A model generated the notes under the pieces. The model made no database searches, was not told where the DNA came from, and saw only the letters and a program-made list of their open reading frames with translations. Positions 49,464 to 58,294 of a DNA stretch of 64,000 nt are shown here, piece by piece. Origin of the DNA: Chloroflexota bacterium (GTDB taxonomy: Bacteria; Chloroflexota; Dehalococcoidia; UBA2979); NCBI GenBank assembly GCA_016875635.1, contig VGPD01000006.1, positions 5,229-69,228 of the forward strand, written 5' to 3'. The translations under genes and the position numbers were made by a program. Numbering within the stretch: the stretch's first letter is position 1; each line of letters begins with the position of its first letter.

Positions 49464-49972
49464 CGCTGCCTCTCTTTCTCGCGCGGCCCCCGTATAGATT
49501 TACCCGTGCTGGAAGCCCGGGCAGGACGGCGACCTACCTGTTCTCGAATCGACTTCCGAGTATGGCGCAGGCGTCGCTGAGACGCCAACGGTCTCGAAAA
49601 CTGGGAACGGGTGAGTCTCCAACCGACCCACTTTCGGGAATTTCCGGGGGAGTCTCGAAAAAACGTGTGACACGAACGGATGTTCCACGTGAAACGCGGA
49701 CGGTAGATTCGATCCGCGGGGTTTCGGGGGCTCTGACCTCGATCCGGAGGGGGCGATGTGGATGCGCCAGATCCCCGTATTTGAGCCGGGTCGACTCAGA
49801 TCCGGGTGTGCCAGATCCCCGTAGTTGAGCCAGGTTGGCTCAGGATCTCTGAGCCGGTGGGGCTCGTGTAACAGCGTCCTGTGACAGGAGCGGGTTGGTG
49901 GTCGCGCTGATGTCGTTGTCGCGTGCGCGGGGAGGTGCCTAGACTCGGGGCATCCGTGTTCCGGGAGGTCAC

Positions 49973-50335
49973 ATGCCGAGGTACGACTACCGCTGCCAGG
50001 CTGGCCATGTGTATGAGAAGCAGGAGCCGTTCGGTTCGCCTGGCGAGCAGCCCTGCGAGAAGTGCGGCAAGCCGGCCCTGCGTGTGCTGGTGGCGCCGCC
50101 CCTGGTCTTCAAGGGCGGGGGCTTCTACAAGACCGCCAGCCGAGGCGACTCGCGGATTGCGGCGCAGCAGGCCTCTTCTGATTCCGAGCCGGAGACGAAG
50201 TCGTATGACGCCGGGATCGACTCCGAGGAGAAGCCCGCCGCCACCGAGGCGAAGGGGAAGCGCGCCGAGAAAGCCGAGAAGGGCGCGAAGGCCGACGCCA
50301 ATGCCGGCTCGAAGGCCAAGAAGGTCGATTCGTAA
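49973..50335 (+). CDS. FmdB-family zinc-ribbon protein with Lys/Ala/Glu-rich tail
   Basis: MPRYDYRCQAGHVYE...CEKCG. Confidence 0.8.
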   Translation: MPRYDYRCQAGHVYEKQEPFGSPGEQPCEKCGKPALRVLVAPPLVFKGGGFYKTASRGDSRIAAQQASSDSEPETKSYDAGIDSEEKPAATEAKGKRAEKAEKGAKADANAGSKAKKVDS

Positions 50336-50351
50336 GGGCGCTCCCCAACCG

Positions 50352-50490
50352 TTGAACTCGTGAGTCGTAGCGTCTGTCGCGCCGGAGCCCTCACCCCCTG
50401 CCCCCGCTGTGTTCTGGGGGCGCTCCTCAGGCCTCGAACTTGTGAGTCGCGGCGTCTGTCGCGCCGGAGCCCCCACCCCCTGCCCCCTCT
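50352..50490. repeat. tandem pair of roughly 50-nt GC-rich repeat units (CGAACTYGTGAGTCG..GCGTCTGTCGCGCCGGAGCCCYCACCCCCTGCCCC), each followed by a hairpin
   Basis: The two copies, at about 50352-50406 and 50433-50487, are about 90% identical. The CCCCCTGCCCC core recurs at least 4-5 times between 50390 and 51210. Confidence 0.6.
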
Positions 50491-50669
50491 CCAGCATGGC
50501 GGGAGAGGGGGATCCGGATTGCCCTCCCCCTGCCCCCTTCCTGGCCGGGAGGGGTGGGCTTCGCGTTTCGCTGAGTGAGGGTTGACGACGTGTCGTCGAG
50601 TGCGGGCTTCGTGTCTCCGATGAATACGATCCAGGCGTGTGACGGGTGGTCGAGGGATCGAGGGCTGTC

Positions 50670-51143
50670 GTGCGTGCGGTGATGCAGCGGGTGTTGCGGG
50701 CGTCGGTGACTGTCGATGGCGTTTCCACGGGCGCGATCGAGGACGGGCTGCTTGTGTACCTGGGGGTTGCGCCGAACGACGGTGATGCCGAGGTGGAGTG
50801 GTTCGCGCGCAAGGTGTCGGAGATGCGGATCTTCGAGGGCGTGAGTGAGCGCGCGGGGCAGATGGACCGGTCGGTTGGTGAGGTGGGCGGTGCGGTGCTT
50901 GTTGTCTCGCAGTTCACGCTCTACGCGGACACCCGGAAGGGGCGGCGGCCGTCGTTCATCGACGCCGCCGCGCCGGAGGTCGCCGCGCCGCTCATCGAGC
51001 GGTGCATGGAGGCGTTGCGCTCGTGCGGGTTGTGCGTGGAGGGCGGGCGGTTCGGGGCGCACATGCTGGTGGATGCGGTGAACGATGGGCCAGTGACGAT
51101 CCTGTTGGATAGTGAGGAGATGGGGCGGCCGCGACGCGGGTAG
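50670..51143 (+). CDS. dtd: D-aminoacyl-tRNA deacylase
   Basis: SQFTLY and the GRRPSF motif are present. GTG start giving VRAVMQRV. Confidence 0.85.
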   Translation: MRAVMQRVLRASVTVDGVSTGAIEDGLLVYLGVAPNDGDAEVEWFARKVSEMRIFEGVSERAGQMDRSVGEVGGAVLVVSQFTLYADTRKGRRPSFIDAAAPEVAAPLIERCMEALRSCGLCVEGGRFGAHMLVDAVNDGPVTILLDSEEMGRPRRG

Positions 51144-51224
51144 CGGTCGAGGTCTTTTGTTCCGTTGCATCCGTACCGCCGTCGCGTTGCGACGAGCGGC
51201 CCATCCCCTGCCCCTTCCCTCGGG

Positions 51225-51300
51225 GAAGGAGTTGAAAACCTGGAGATCACCCACACCCCCCGGCCCCCTCGCCCTCGAGGGCGAGGGGGAGACCGGATCT
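51225..51300. repeat. palindromic repeat unit copy 1 (CACCCACACCCCCCGGCCCCCTCGCCCTCGAGGGCGAGGGGGAG...)
   Basis: Contains a perfect 18-nt palindrome CTCGCCCTCGAGGGCGAG. A second copy lies at about 51480-51560. It is associated with the shared 30-nt CTGGCCGGGAGGGGTGGGCTTCGCGTTTCG, present at 50535 and 51365. Confidence 0.6.
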
Positions 51301-51477
51301 GGATCGGGGAGGCTGGTGGCTGGTCCTCGTGGTCGTTCTTTTCCCGGCTCGCCGTCTCCCTGCGCCTCACTGGCCGGGAGGGGTGGGCTTCGCGTTTCGG
51401 GTGGGTGAGGACCAGCTCGGCGTTGCTGGGTGCGAGGCTCCGGGTGTCCGGAGGTGGGGCGGTCGGTTGAGAGTTTG

Positions 51478-51560
51478 AGGTCACCCACACCCCCCGGCCC
51501 CCTTCGCCCTCGAGGGCGAGGGGGAGGCCAGAGCGGGATGGGGGAGGCTGACGGGCTGGT
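51478..51560. repeat. palindromic repeat unit copy 2
   Basis: About 90% identical to copy 1 at 51225-51300. Confidence 0.6.
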
Positions 51561-51836
51561 CTACGTGGCCGGTCGCGTCGCGAGGGGTTCCTCTTCACCG
51601 GTTTTTTCGGGCTGTGGGCCTCTTGAATCTCGCCAATCCTTGGGGTTGTAGTGGAGATTCCACTGGTGCTGGGGCGCGCGGGGGGCGATCCTTTTGGCCA
51701 GCGGTGGATCGCCCGTTTGGGGCCTCCGCGGAAGCTGGAGCATCCGGTGATCCTGGCGTCCGAGTCTCGCACCTCCCGCAACCGTGGCGCGGAGCCGACT
51801 GCCTCACCGCATGTCGCGAACATTGCCGCGAACCGG

Positions 51837-52223
51837 ATGGTGCGGTTGGCGTGGGGCTGCCTCGGGACGTTCTCGCTGGGGCTCGGGATCGTCGGTGTGC
51901 TGCTGCCGGGCTGGCCGACGACCATCTTCCTGATCCTCGCGGCGGCCTGTTACGCACGCTCCTCGCAGCGGATGTACGACCACATCGCGAATAATCGGAT
52001 GTTCGGCGGGCACGTGCGCCGCTTCCGCGAGACCGGCGGGATGCCGAGGCGGGCGAAGGTGCTGTCGCTGGGCGTGATGTGGCCGTTCGTCCTCTTTGCG
52101 ATGGTGGTGGCGATCCCGGGCACGCTGCTCTGGGCACAGGTGTTCACGCTGGTCCTCGCCGTCGCCGGGACGATCTGCATCCTGCACCTGCCCACGGACC
52201 GCGGCACCGAGAGCCGCGCGTAG
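51837..52223 (+). CDS. DUF454/YbaN-family inner membrane protein
   Basis: LGIVGVLLPGWPTTIFLILAAACYARSS signature. The ATG at 51837 lies in frame within ORF 51651..52223. Confidence 0.7.
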   Translation: MVRLAWGCLGTFSLGLGIVGVLLPGWPTTIFLILAAACYARSSQRMYDHIANNRMFGGHVRRFRETGGMPRRAKVLSLGVMWPFVLFAMVVAIPGTLLWAQVFTLVLAVAGTICILHLPTDRGTESRA

Positions 52224-52517
52224 GCCGGGCGAAGCGCGACGCCCCGTCCGCCCGGACGCGGCCACTGTGGTGCATGGAGGCCGCGCGCCGTTTCCACCGA
52301 GGCGAGTCGCCGGGGTGTCGAAACGCACTCCGTTTGTGGGGCAATGGCTCTACCTTCGCGCAGGCCGGGTGGCAATATGGCGCCGGGAGAGCGTGTCGAC
52401 GCCGAGTGTCGGGAGCACCCCGGGACGAGTCGTTTTGTCCCCCACCTTAACCATTCCTTGACCATTCCTTAACCCTACGGGGAGTGCGGAACGTTCCGTG
52501 GGCGTTCGTATACTCCC

Positions 52518-52543
52518 GATTCTGACGCTCGCACGTCAGAATC
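52518..52543. promoter_or_regulatory. perfect inverted repeat GATTCTGACG-n6-CGTCAGAATC, candidate operator upstream of the large secreted protein gene
   Basis: 10-nt perfect arms, 40 nt upstream of the start at 52584. It lies in a lower-GC stretch containing a TATACT -10-like hexamer. Confidence 0.5.
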
Positions 52544-52583
52544 GTTCACCTGTTCTCGCATTTTCAGGGCATCGGAGGCGGAG

Positions 52584-54938
52584 TTGAAGTTATCCAGATT
52601 ACGGTCCTTGGTGGCTCGCGGGGGCGCCGCCGGGCTGATCGCCCTCGCGGCGTTCACCATCCTCCTACTCAACCCGGCTGAACCTCGCGTCGCCAGTGCG
52701 ACCAGCGTGGTCTTCACCAGCGGCTCCGATGTCGATACGTGGGATCCGATTCTCCCCGCCTCGGCGTACCAGAACTGGCCCGCGACGGTCTGCACGCCGA
52801 CGCCCGCGGTCGGCCTCGGCGCCGCCTGGACGAACCCGCACAAGGCCTCGTCCTTCGGGACGGCCGCCCACCCGTGTCAGCCTGGTGCGGGCTTCACGGC
52901 GAACTGGATCAACGCGTGGGCCGACATGAACTCGCAGGGCCCGAGCGGGCACAGCTGGACGAAGTACTCCACCACGGTTTCGGGTAGCGGCGCGTTCGTG
53001 CTGAACCTGCTCGCCGACAACTGCTCGTGGATTTACCTGGACGGCACGCTCGTGGGCTTCCAGGACACGACGCTCACCCCGCGAACGTAACCAGTGACGC
53101 TCTCGGGTTCGCACACGCTTGAGTTCTCGTTTTTTGACGGTGGCGGTTTGGCTGGCGGCATGTACCGCCTGGAGACCGACACCGGAACCGTGTTCGTGGA
53201 CACGGACTCGGACGGGCTCACCGACGCGCAGGAGCATCTGCACGGTACTGATAAGACCAACCACGACTCCGACGGCGACGGCGTCAGCGATGGCGCCGAG
53301 GTCCAGGCGGGCACGAACCCGCTGGTGGATCCGGCTTCGGCGACGCTCGGGGCGACTGCGTGGCAGGGCCAGCGGCCGTACGGGCCGGTGCAGACGCCCG
53401 CGTTCTCGCCGTTGGGCGCGATCGCGTTCTACAACTACATCCCGGCACCAGGTGTCCCGGGCGCGACCGACCCCAGCTGGGCGGCGTGTGGTCCCGGCAA
53501 CCCGCTGTGCCCGAGCGCGAACACCATCGGCCTGAACAACCCGTATGGCTCGCGGCTCGGCGGTTCGTTCGCATGTGGAGCCTCGGCTGACTACACGTTC
53601 TACCAGGCGTTCGTCAGCATCCCCTGGGGGACGACGATCAATGAGTTCAAGGTCGTCATGAGTGGCGCCGACGATGGAGCGCGAGTGGCGATCTACAACG
53701 CTGCCTTCCCCGGCGGCCAGGTACTCCCGGGTGCGTACATCTTCCTGGGTGGGGCGCAGACCACGACCGACCTGTCGTCAGCGATGCGCGCGGGCCAGGT
53801 GAACCGCGTTGTCACCACCCAGATGGACAACTGCGCGACCGGCAACAACCTGCAGTCGGCGCAGATCTTCCTCAACGGGACGGTGATCGCGCCGCCGCCG
53901 TCGGACACGACGCCGCCGGTGATCACGCCGACGGTGACGGGCACGCTGGGTGACAGCGGCTGGTACACGAGCAACGTCAACGTCTCGTGGACGGTGACCG
54001 ACTCGAACTCGGCCATCACGTCGCAGACGGGCTGCGGCCCGACGACGGTGTCCGTGGACACGGCTAGCGTCACGTTCACCTGTACGGCCACCTCGGCCGG
54101 TGGGATGGCCTCGCAGAGCGTCACCTTGAAGCGTGACGCGACGGCGCCGGTGGCGACCGCGACGGCGGCCCCAGCGCCGAACGGGAATGGTTGGAACAAC
54201 ACCGGCGTGACGGTGACCTTCACCGGCACGGACGGGCTGTCCGGCATCGCCTCCTGCACCGCTGCGGCGGTCCTGGTCGAGGGCGCGGGCCAGTCGGCCA
54301 GCGGCACCTGCACGGACAACGCGGGCAACGTCAGCGATCCGGCGACGGCGTCGGACATCAACGTTGACAAGACCAACCCGGTGGTGGCGGTGACGGGCGT
54401 GACGGACGGCGCGACGTACAACGTCGGCGGCGTCCCGGCCGCGGGCTGCACCACGACCGACGCGCTGTCGGGCGTGGCGACCCCGGCGACGCTCTCGACC
54501 GCGGGCGGGCCGCTGGCCACGGTGACGGTGACGTGCGCCGGGGCCACCGACGAGGCGGGCAACGCCGCTCCGGCGGTGACGGCGACGTACTCCGTGACCT
54601 ACGCCTTCTGCGGCTTCAAGCAGCCGCTGCTGGTGCCGGTCCAGGAGTTAAAGACGGGCTCGACCATCCCGGTGAAGTTCTGCGTGCAGGACGCCAACGG
54701 GGTCACGGTGACGACGGCGACCGGCACGGTGGAGGCCTACGTGAACGGCGTCCTGAAGGGCACGGTCGCGTTCCGCTTCTCGGACGGCCAGTACATCGCC
54801 AATTTCCAGACGAAGGACGGCAAGACTGACTGGCCGACGGGGACGCTGGAGTTGCGCGTCAAGCTGAATGACGGCACGACGCAGTCCACCAACGCTCTCT
54901 CGACGAGCGGCGTGAAAGGTGGCCTGAAGCTCAAGTAG
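52584..54938 (+). CDS. large secreted adhesin-like protein (PA14/lectin-like N-domain, thrombospondin-type-3 Ca-binding D-x-D-x-DG repeats, multiple Ig-like repeats), interrupted by one in-frame TAA at 53088..53090
   Basis: ORFs 52584..53090 and 53094..54938 share one frame. The protein reads straight through the stop (LVGFQDTTLTPRT*PVTLSGSHTLEFSFFDGGG). It has an N-terminal signal peptide, DTDSDGLTDAQE / DSDGDGVSDGAE calcium-binding repeats, and repeated TVT/TGT-rich Ig-like modules. Confidence 0.65.
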
Positions 54939-54962
54939 CGCGTCGCGTCTGACATGAGACGA

Positions 54963-54995
54963 GAAGGCCCGCCGAAAGGCGGGCCTTCTTGTTCC
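54963..54995 (+). terminator. rho-independent terminator (GAAGGCCCGCC-gaaa-GGCGGGCCTTC TTGTTCC)
   Basis: A perfect 11-bp stem with a GAAA loop is followed by a T-rich tract, 25 nt after the adhesin stop. Confidence 0.8.
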
Positions 54996-55100
54996 TGAGC
55001 ATCGTTTGCCCGGCTGCCGAGCGTCCCTGAGCGGAGTCCGCCGCGGTATGCTGCGCGCGCTCCGGGACGGAGTCCGTAGATCAGGGGGGGACCGCAGAAC

Positions 55101-55886
55101 ATGGCCGACGAACCATTCATCGTCTACTCGTACGTTGGCGCGGCAGGGCGCGCGATCGATGAGCACACCGCCGAGGGGATCCTCGAGCTGCGGCCGGAGC
55201 TCCGTCATGCGGGCGGCCTGCTTGCGGCGACGCTGGGGCTCATGTCGACGGCCGGGACCGGGGTGACGGTCCACATCCATGCCGCGGGTGCGCCGACCCG
55301 GATCGACGTGCACATGTGGGACTCCGGCGACGGTGTCGAGCGGGTGAGGGTCGACACGAAGCTGCTGCGCGTCGGGCGCTCGCAGGTGTTCGCCGAGGCA
55401 CGCTTCTCCGACGCTGACAACCCGAGCCGCCACATGGGTTACAGCACCGTCAGCTACGTCGCGACCGGGCCGGGGACCGGGAAACTCGAGAACCACCCCG
55501 CGCCGCCGTACGTCGGGCCGGCCCGCAACGAGCGGCCGATCACCGAGATCTACGGCGGGGTCCCGCGTGCGGACGGGGGCTTCGACATCCCCGACCTGCC
55601 GCCCCGCCTGCGGGCCGGCGGCCGGATCCACTCCGGGACGATGGAGGTGCTGGGCGAGGTGGCGGGTATGAGGGCCGCGACGCTCAAGACCGGCGTCGAG
55701 CGGATGCGGACCGAGCACATGAGCACGACGATCCTGAGCGCGGGCCTCGGCGGCCCCTTCAGCATCACGCCGGAGGTGCTGGCCTCCGGGGACGACTTCG
55801 CGATCTGCCGGATGGAGTTGCGCGATCACGCGAACGACGATCGGCTGCTGGCCGTGGTGCGGACGCGGTACCGCCTCCTGCCGTAG
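55101..55886 (+). CDS. hypothetical protein
   Basis: 261-aa ORF preceded by GGGGGGGA. No recognisable motif. Confidence 0.45.
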   Translation: MADEPFIVYSYVGAAGRAIDEHTAEGILELRPELRHAGGLLAATLGLMSTAGTGVTVHIHAAGAPTRIDVHMWDSGDGVERVRVDTKLLRVGRSQVFAEARFSDADNPSRHMGYSTVSYVATGPGTGKLENHPAPPYVGPARNERPITEIYGGVPRADGGFDIPDLPPRLRAGGRIHSGTMEVLGEVAGMRAATLKTGVERMRTEHMSTTILSAGLGGPFSITPEVLASGDDFAICRMELRDHANDDRLLAVVRTRYRLLP

Positions 55887-55909
55887 CGGGTCGATCCGGA
55901 TCGGGAAGG

Positions 55910-56497
55910 CTAACGCCCGGCCCTCGTGGTCGGGCGTTTTGCTGCGGGCTTCTTCGTCGCGGACGGCCTCAACTCGATATCCCGAAACCCTGCCTGAGCA
56001 AAGCAAGCTCGTGCCTGCTCGGGATCGAGTGCGAACGCTTCGCCCATGTTCTGCCCGATTACCCTGTCCAGCGACTCGTTCTGCACCCGGAAGAACGTCT
56101 GCTCACTGAGGTCAGACCAGAACGTGGCCACGACCCGTCCGCCGGGGCGCAGCACGCGGTGCATCTCCGCCGCGGCTCGTTCCAGGCTGGGGAAGAACTG
56201 CACGCCCTGCTGGGAGAGGACGGCATCGAACTCCCCATCCCCGAACGGCATGTCGAGCACAGACGCCTCGTGCCATTCGAAGCGGACACCGGGAGCGCTA
56301 GCCTGACTCGCCCGCGCCCGAGCAAGCATGCCGGCGTTCACATCGAGCCCGGCGACTCGCGCTCCTGCTCCCGCGACCTCGCCGGCACGCCGCGTCAGGA
56401 ATCCAGTCCCGCATGCCACGTCCAGGATGGCTCCGCCTGAGGGGAGCGCCGCGCGGTCGATGACCGCTTCAATGAAGGGGGCCATGATGGGCGCCAC
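55910..56497 (-). CDS. class I SAM-dependent methyltransferase
   Basis: Motif I (LDVACGTGFLT), an acidic post-I residue and LRPGGRVV. Confidence 0.8.
   Translation of the reverse strand: MAPIMAPFIEAVIDRAALPSGGAILDVACGTGFLTRRAGEVAGAGARVAGLDVNAGMLARARASQASAPGVRFEWHEASVLDMPFGDGEFDAVLSQQGVQFFPSLERAAAEMHRVLRPGGRVVATFWSDLSEQTFFRVQNESLDRVIGQNMGEAFALDPEQARACFAQAGFRDIELRPSATKKPAAKRPTTRAGR
55912..55942 (+). terminator. terminator-like hairpin (AACGCCCG-n11-CGGGCGTT TTGCTG)
   Basis: An 8-bp stem and a T-tract follow the hypothetical gene. It overlaps the 3' end of the convergent methyltransferase gene. Confidence 0.45.
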
Positions 56498-56810
56498 CGT
56501 TCGGTCATAACGTTCTGGCGCATCGCCGCCCAGCTGAAATCCCGTCTGCGTAATCCCGGAACCCCTTCAGAGCAGCGCACGCTGAGCCTGCCGGGCATTA
56601 TGCCCCGAGCGACTTCATCTGACGCGCCTGAATCCCTGAATGTGACGAACGTCACCGCCAGACCACCGAGTAACTTCCGTGGACACGTGTTACGTCGCCT
56701 CGGGTGTTGCAGGGAGATTCCTCCCCTGTCTCCGCCAGCGCGCCCCGGTGCATCCGAGCGTGGTATTTGGTTGGTGTTACGCCGCACGCGCTGCGGAGGG
56801 CCGTGGCCTC

Positions 56811-57362
56811 CTACCCCTCCACTAACACAGCGAGCCCGCGGGCGACGGCATCCTGCACCCGGTCGCCCGTCACACGCGCATCGCCGTCGTCCGAGGTGTC
56901 GAGGGTGGCGCCGGGGATGAGGCCGGCGGCGGTGTCGCGGGTGAGTTCGGCGTGGAGGGTACGGACGCGGTCGTGCATCAGGGGGTGGGCGGCGACCGGG
57001 TCGTGGCGGAGGGCGACCTCGACGGCGGGGAGCAGGGTGACGAGGTGGACGGGGACGCCGATGCCGGCGAGGGCCTCGCGGTACTGGGGGACGGCCTCGG
57101 CGGTGGCGATGTCGGAGATGACGACGGCGTAGCGGAGGCCGATGCTCTCGCGGGCGATGGCGCAGGCGTTGCGGACGGCGAGCAGGCGCTGCTCGCGGGC
57201 CTGGCGGTCGTCCTCCCAGGGGCGGCGGTAGCCGGCCTTCACCCAGTGGCGGAGGTCATCGACCTCGATGTGGACCATGCGGTCGAAGCGCTCGCACAAC
57301 GCCTCGGCGACGGCGGTCTTCCCGGCGCCGGGGGGCCCGCTGATGATGATGACCTGTTCCAT
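56811..57362 (-). CDS. P-loop kinase-like ATPase (AAA_33 / shikimate-kinase-like fold)
   Basis: Walker A motif ISGPPGAGKTAVAE. Confidence 0.6.
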   Translation of the reverse strand: MEQVIIISGPPGAGKTAVAEALCERFDRMVHIEVDDLRHWVKAGYRRPWEDDRQAREQRLLAVRNACAIARESIGLRYAVVISDIATAEAVPQYREALAGIGVPVHLVTLLPAVEVALRHDPVAAHPLMHDRVRTLHAELTRDTAAGLIPGATLDTSDDGDARVTGDRVQDAVARGLAVLVEG

Positions 57363-57400
57363 GGAGGCGTGCGCTTTCTAGCCTGCTGCTGGGCCCGCGG

Positions 57401-58294
57401 TCATGCCGGGCGGACGTCGAGCGAGATATCGAGTGCGGGCGCGGAGTGGGTCAGCGCGCCGCACGAGATGAGGTCGACGCCGGTCGCGGCGACGCTGGCG
57501 ATCGTCCCCAGCGTGATCCCGCCGGAAGCCTCGAAGAGCACGCGCTCGTACGCCGGCTTCGCGCGCGCTTCCGTGACGATCGCGGCCATCATCGCGGGCG
57601 TCATGTTGTCGAGCAGCACCACGTCCGCACCACCGGCAAGGGCGGCGCGCGCCATCTCCGGCGACGTCACCTCGATCTCGATGCGCAGCGTGTGCGGCAC
57701 CTCGGCGCGGACGCTTGCGAGCAGCGCGGGGATCGTGACGCCGCGCTGTGCGGCGGCCTCGATGTGGTTGTCCTTGATCAGCACGCCGTCCTGCAGCGTG
57801 TCGCGGTGATTGTGCGCGCCGCCGGTGCGGACGGCGTAGCGCTCCAGCGTGCGCAGCCCCGGCGTCGTCTTCCGCGTGTCCACGACGCGCGTCCAGCCGC
57901 CGGCGGAGGCCGCCTCGACGTACTGGCGCGCGAGCGTCGCGATGCCGCTCATCCGCTGCATCAGGTTGAGCGCGACCCGCTCGCCGGAGAGCATCGGCGC
58001 GAGCGGGCCGCTGACGGTGGCGACGGCGGTGCCGGGCTCCACCCACGCGCCGTCCGAGGTGGACGCGCGCAGCTCGATCTCCGGGGAGACCTGGCGGAAC
58101 ACCTCGCGCACGACCTCGAGGCCGCACACGACGCCGTCCTGCTTGTAGAGCAGCGTCGCCTCGCCGCGCTGGTCGCGCGTGACGGTGGAGCGCGTCGTGA
58201 CGTCGAAGCCCGCGCGGTCCTCGGCGAGCGCGCTGGCGACGATCGCCGCGACGGCGGCGCTGTCCGGGGGAGAAGCCTCGACTGCCTCGGTCAT
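57401..58294 (-). CDS. nadC: nicotinate-nucleotide pyrophosphorylase (carboxylating)
   Basis: QAPRTase motifs (TRKTTPGLR, LIKDNH, LDNM). The ATG at 58294 overlaps the nadB stop. Confidence 0.88.
   Translation of the reverse strand: MTEAVEASPPDSAAVAAIVASALAEDRAGFDVTTRSTVTRDQRGEATLLYKQDGVVCGLEVVREVFRQVSPEIELRASTSDGAWVEPGTAVATVSGPLAPMLSGERVALNLMQRMSGIATLARQYVEAASAGGWTRVVDTRKTTPGLRTLERYAVRTGGAHNHRDTLQDGVLIKDNHIEAAAQRGVTIPALLASVRAEVPHTLRIEIEVTSPEMARAALAGGADVVLLDNMTPAMMAAIVTEARAKPAYERVLFEASGGITLGTIASVAATGVDLISCGALTHSAPALDISLDVRPA

Noticed and set aside
50340-51650. CRISPR array
   Set aside because: Repeats are of heterogeneous length and family, only two copies each, with no regular repeat-spacer periodicity and no cas genes.
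51165-51651. ORFs 51165..51470 and 51430..51651 (Pro/Arg/Gly-rich)
   Set aside because: They are translations through the palindromic repeat units, are not conserved-looking, and lack an RBS.
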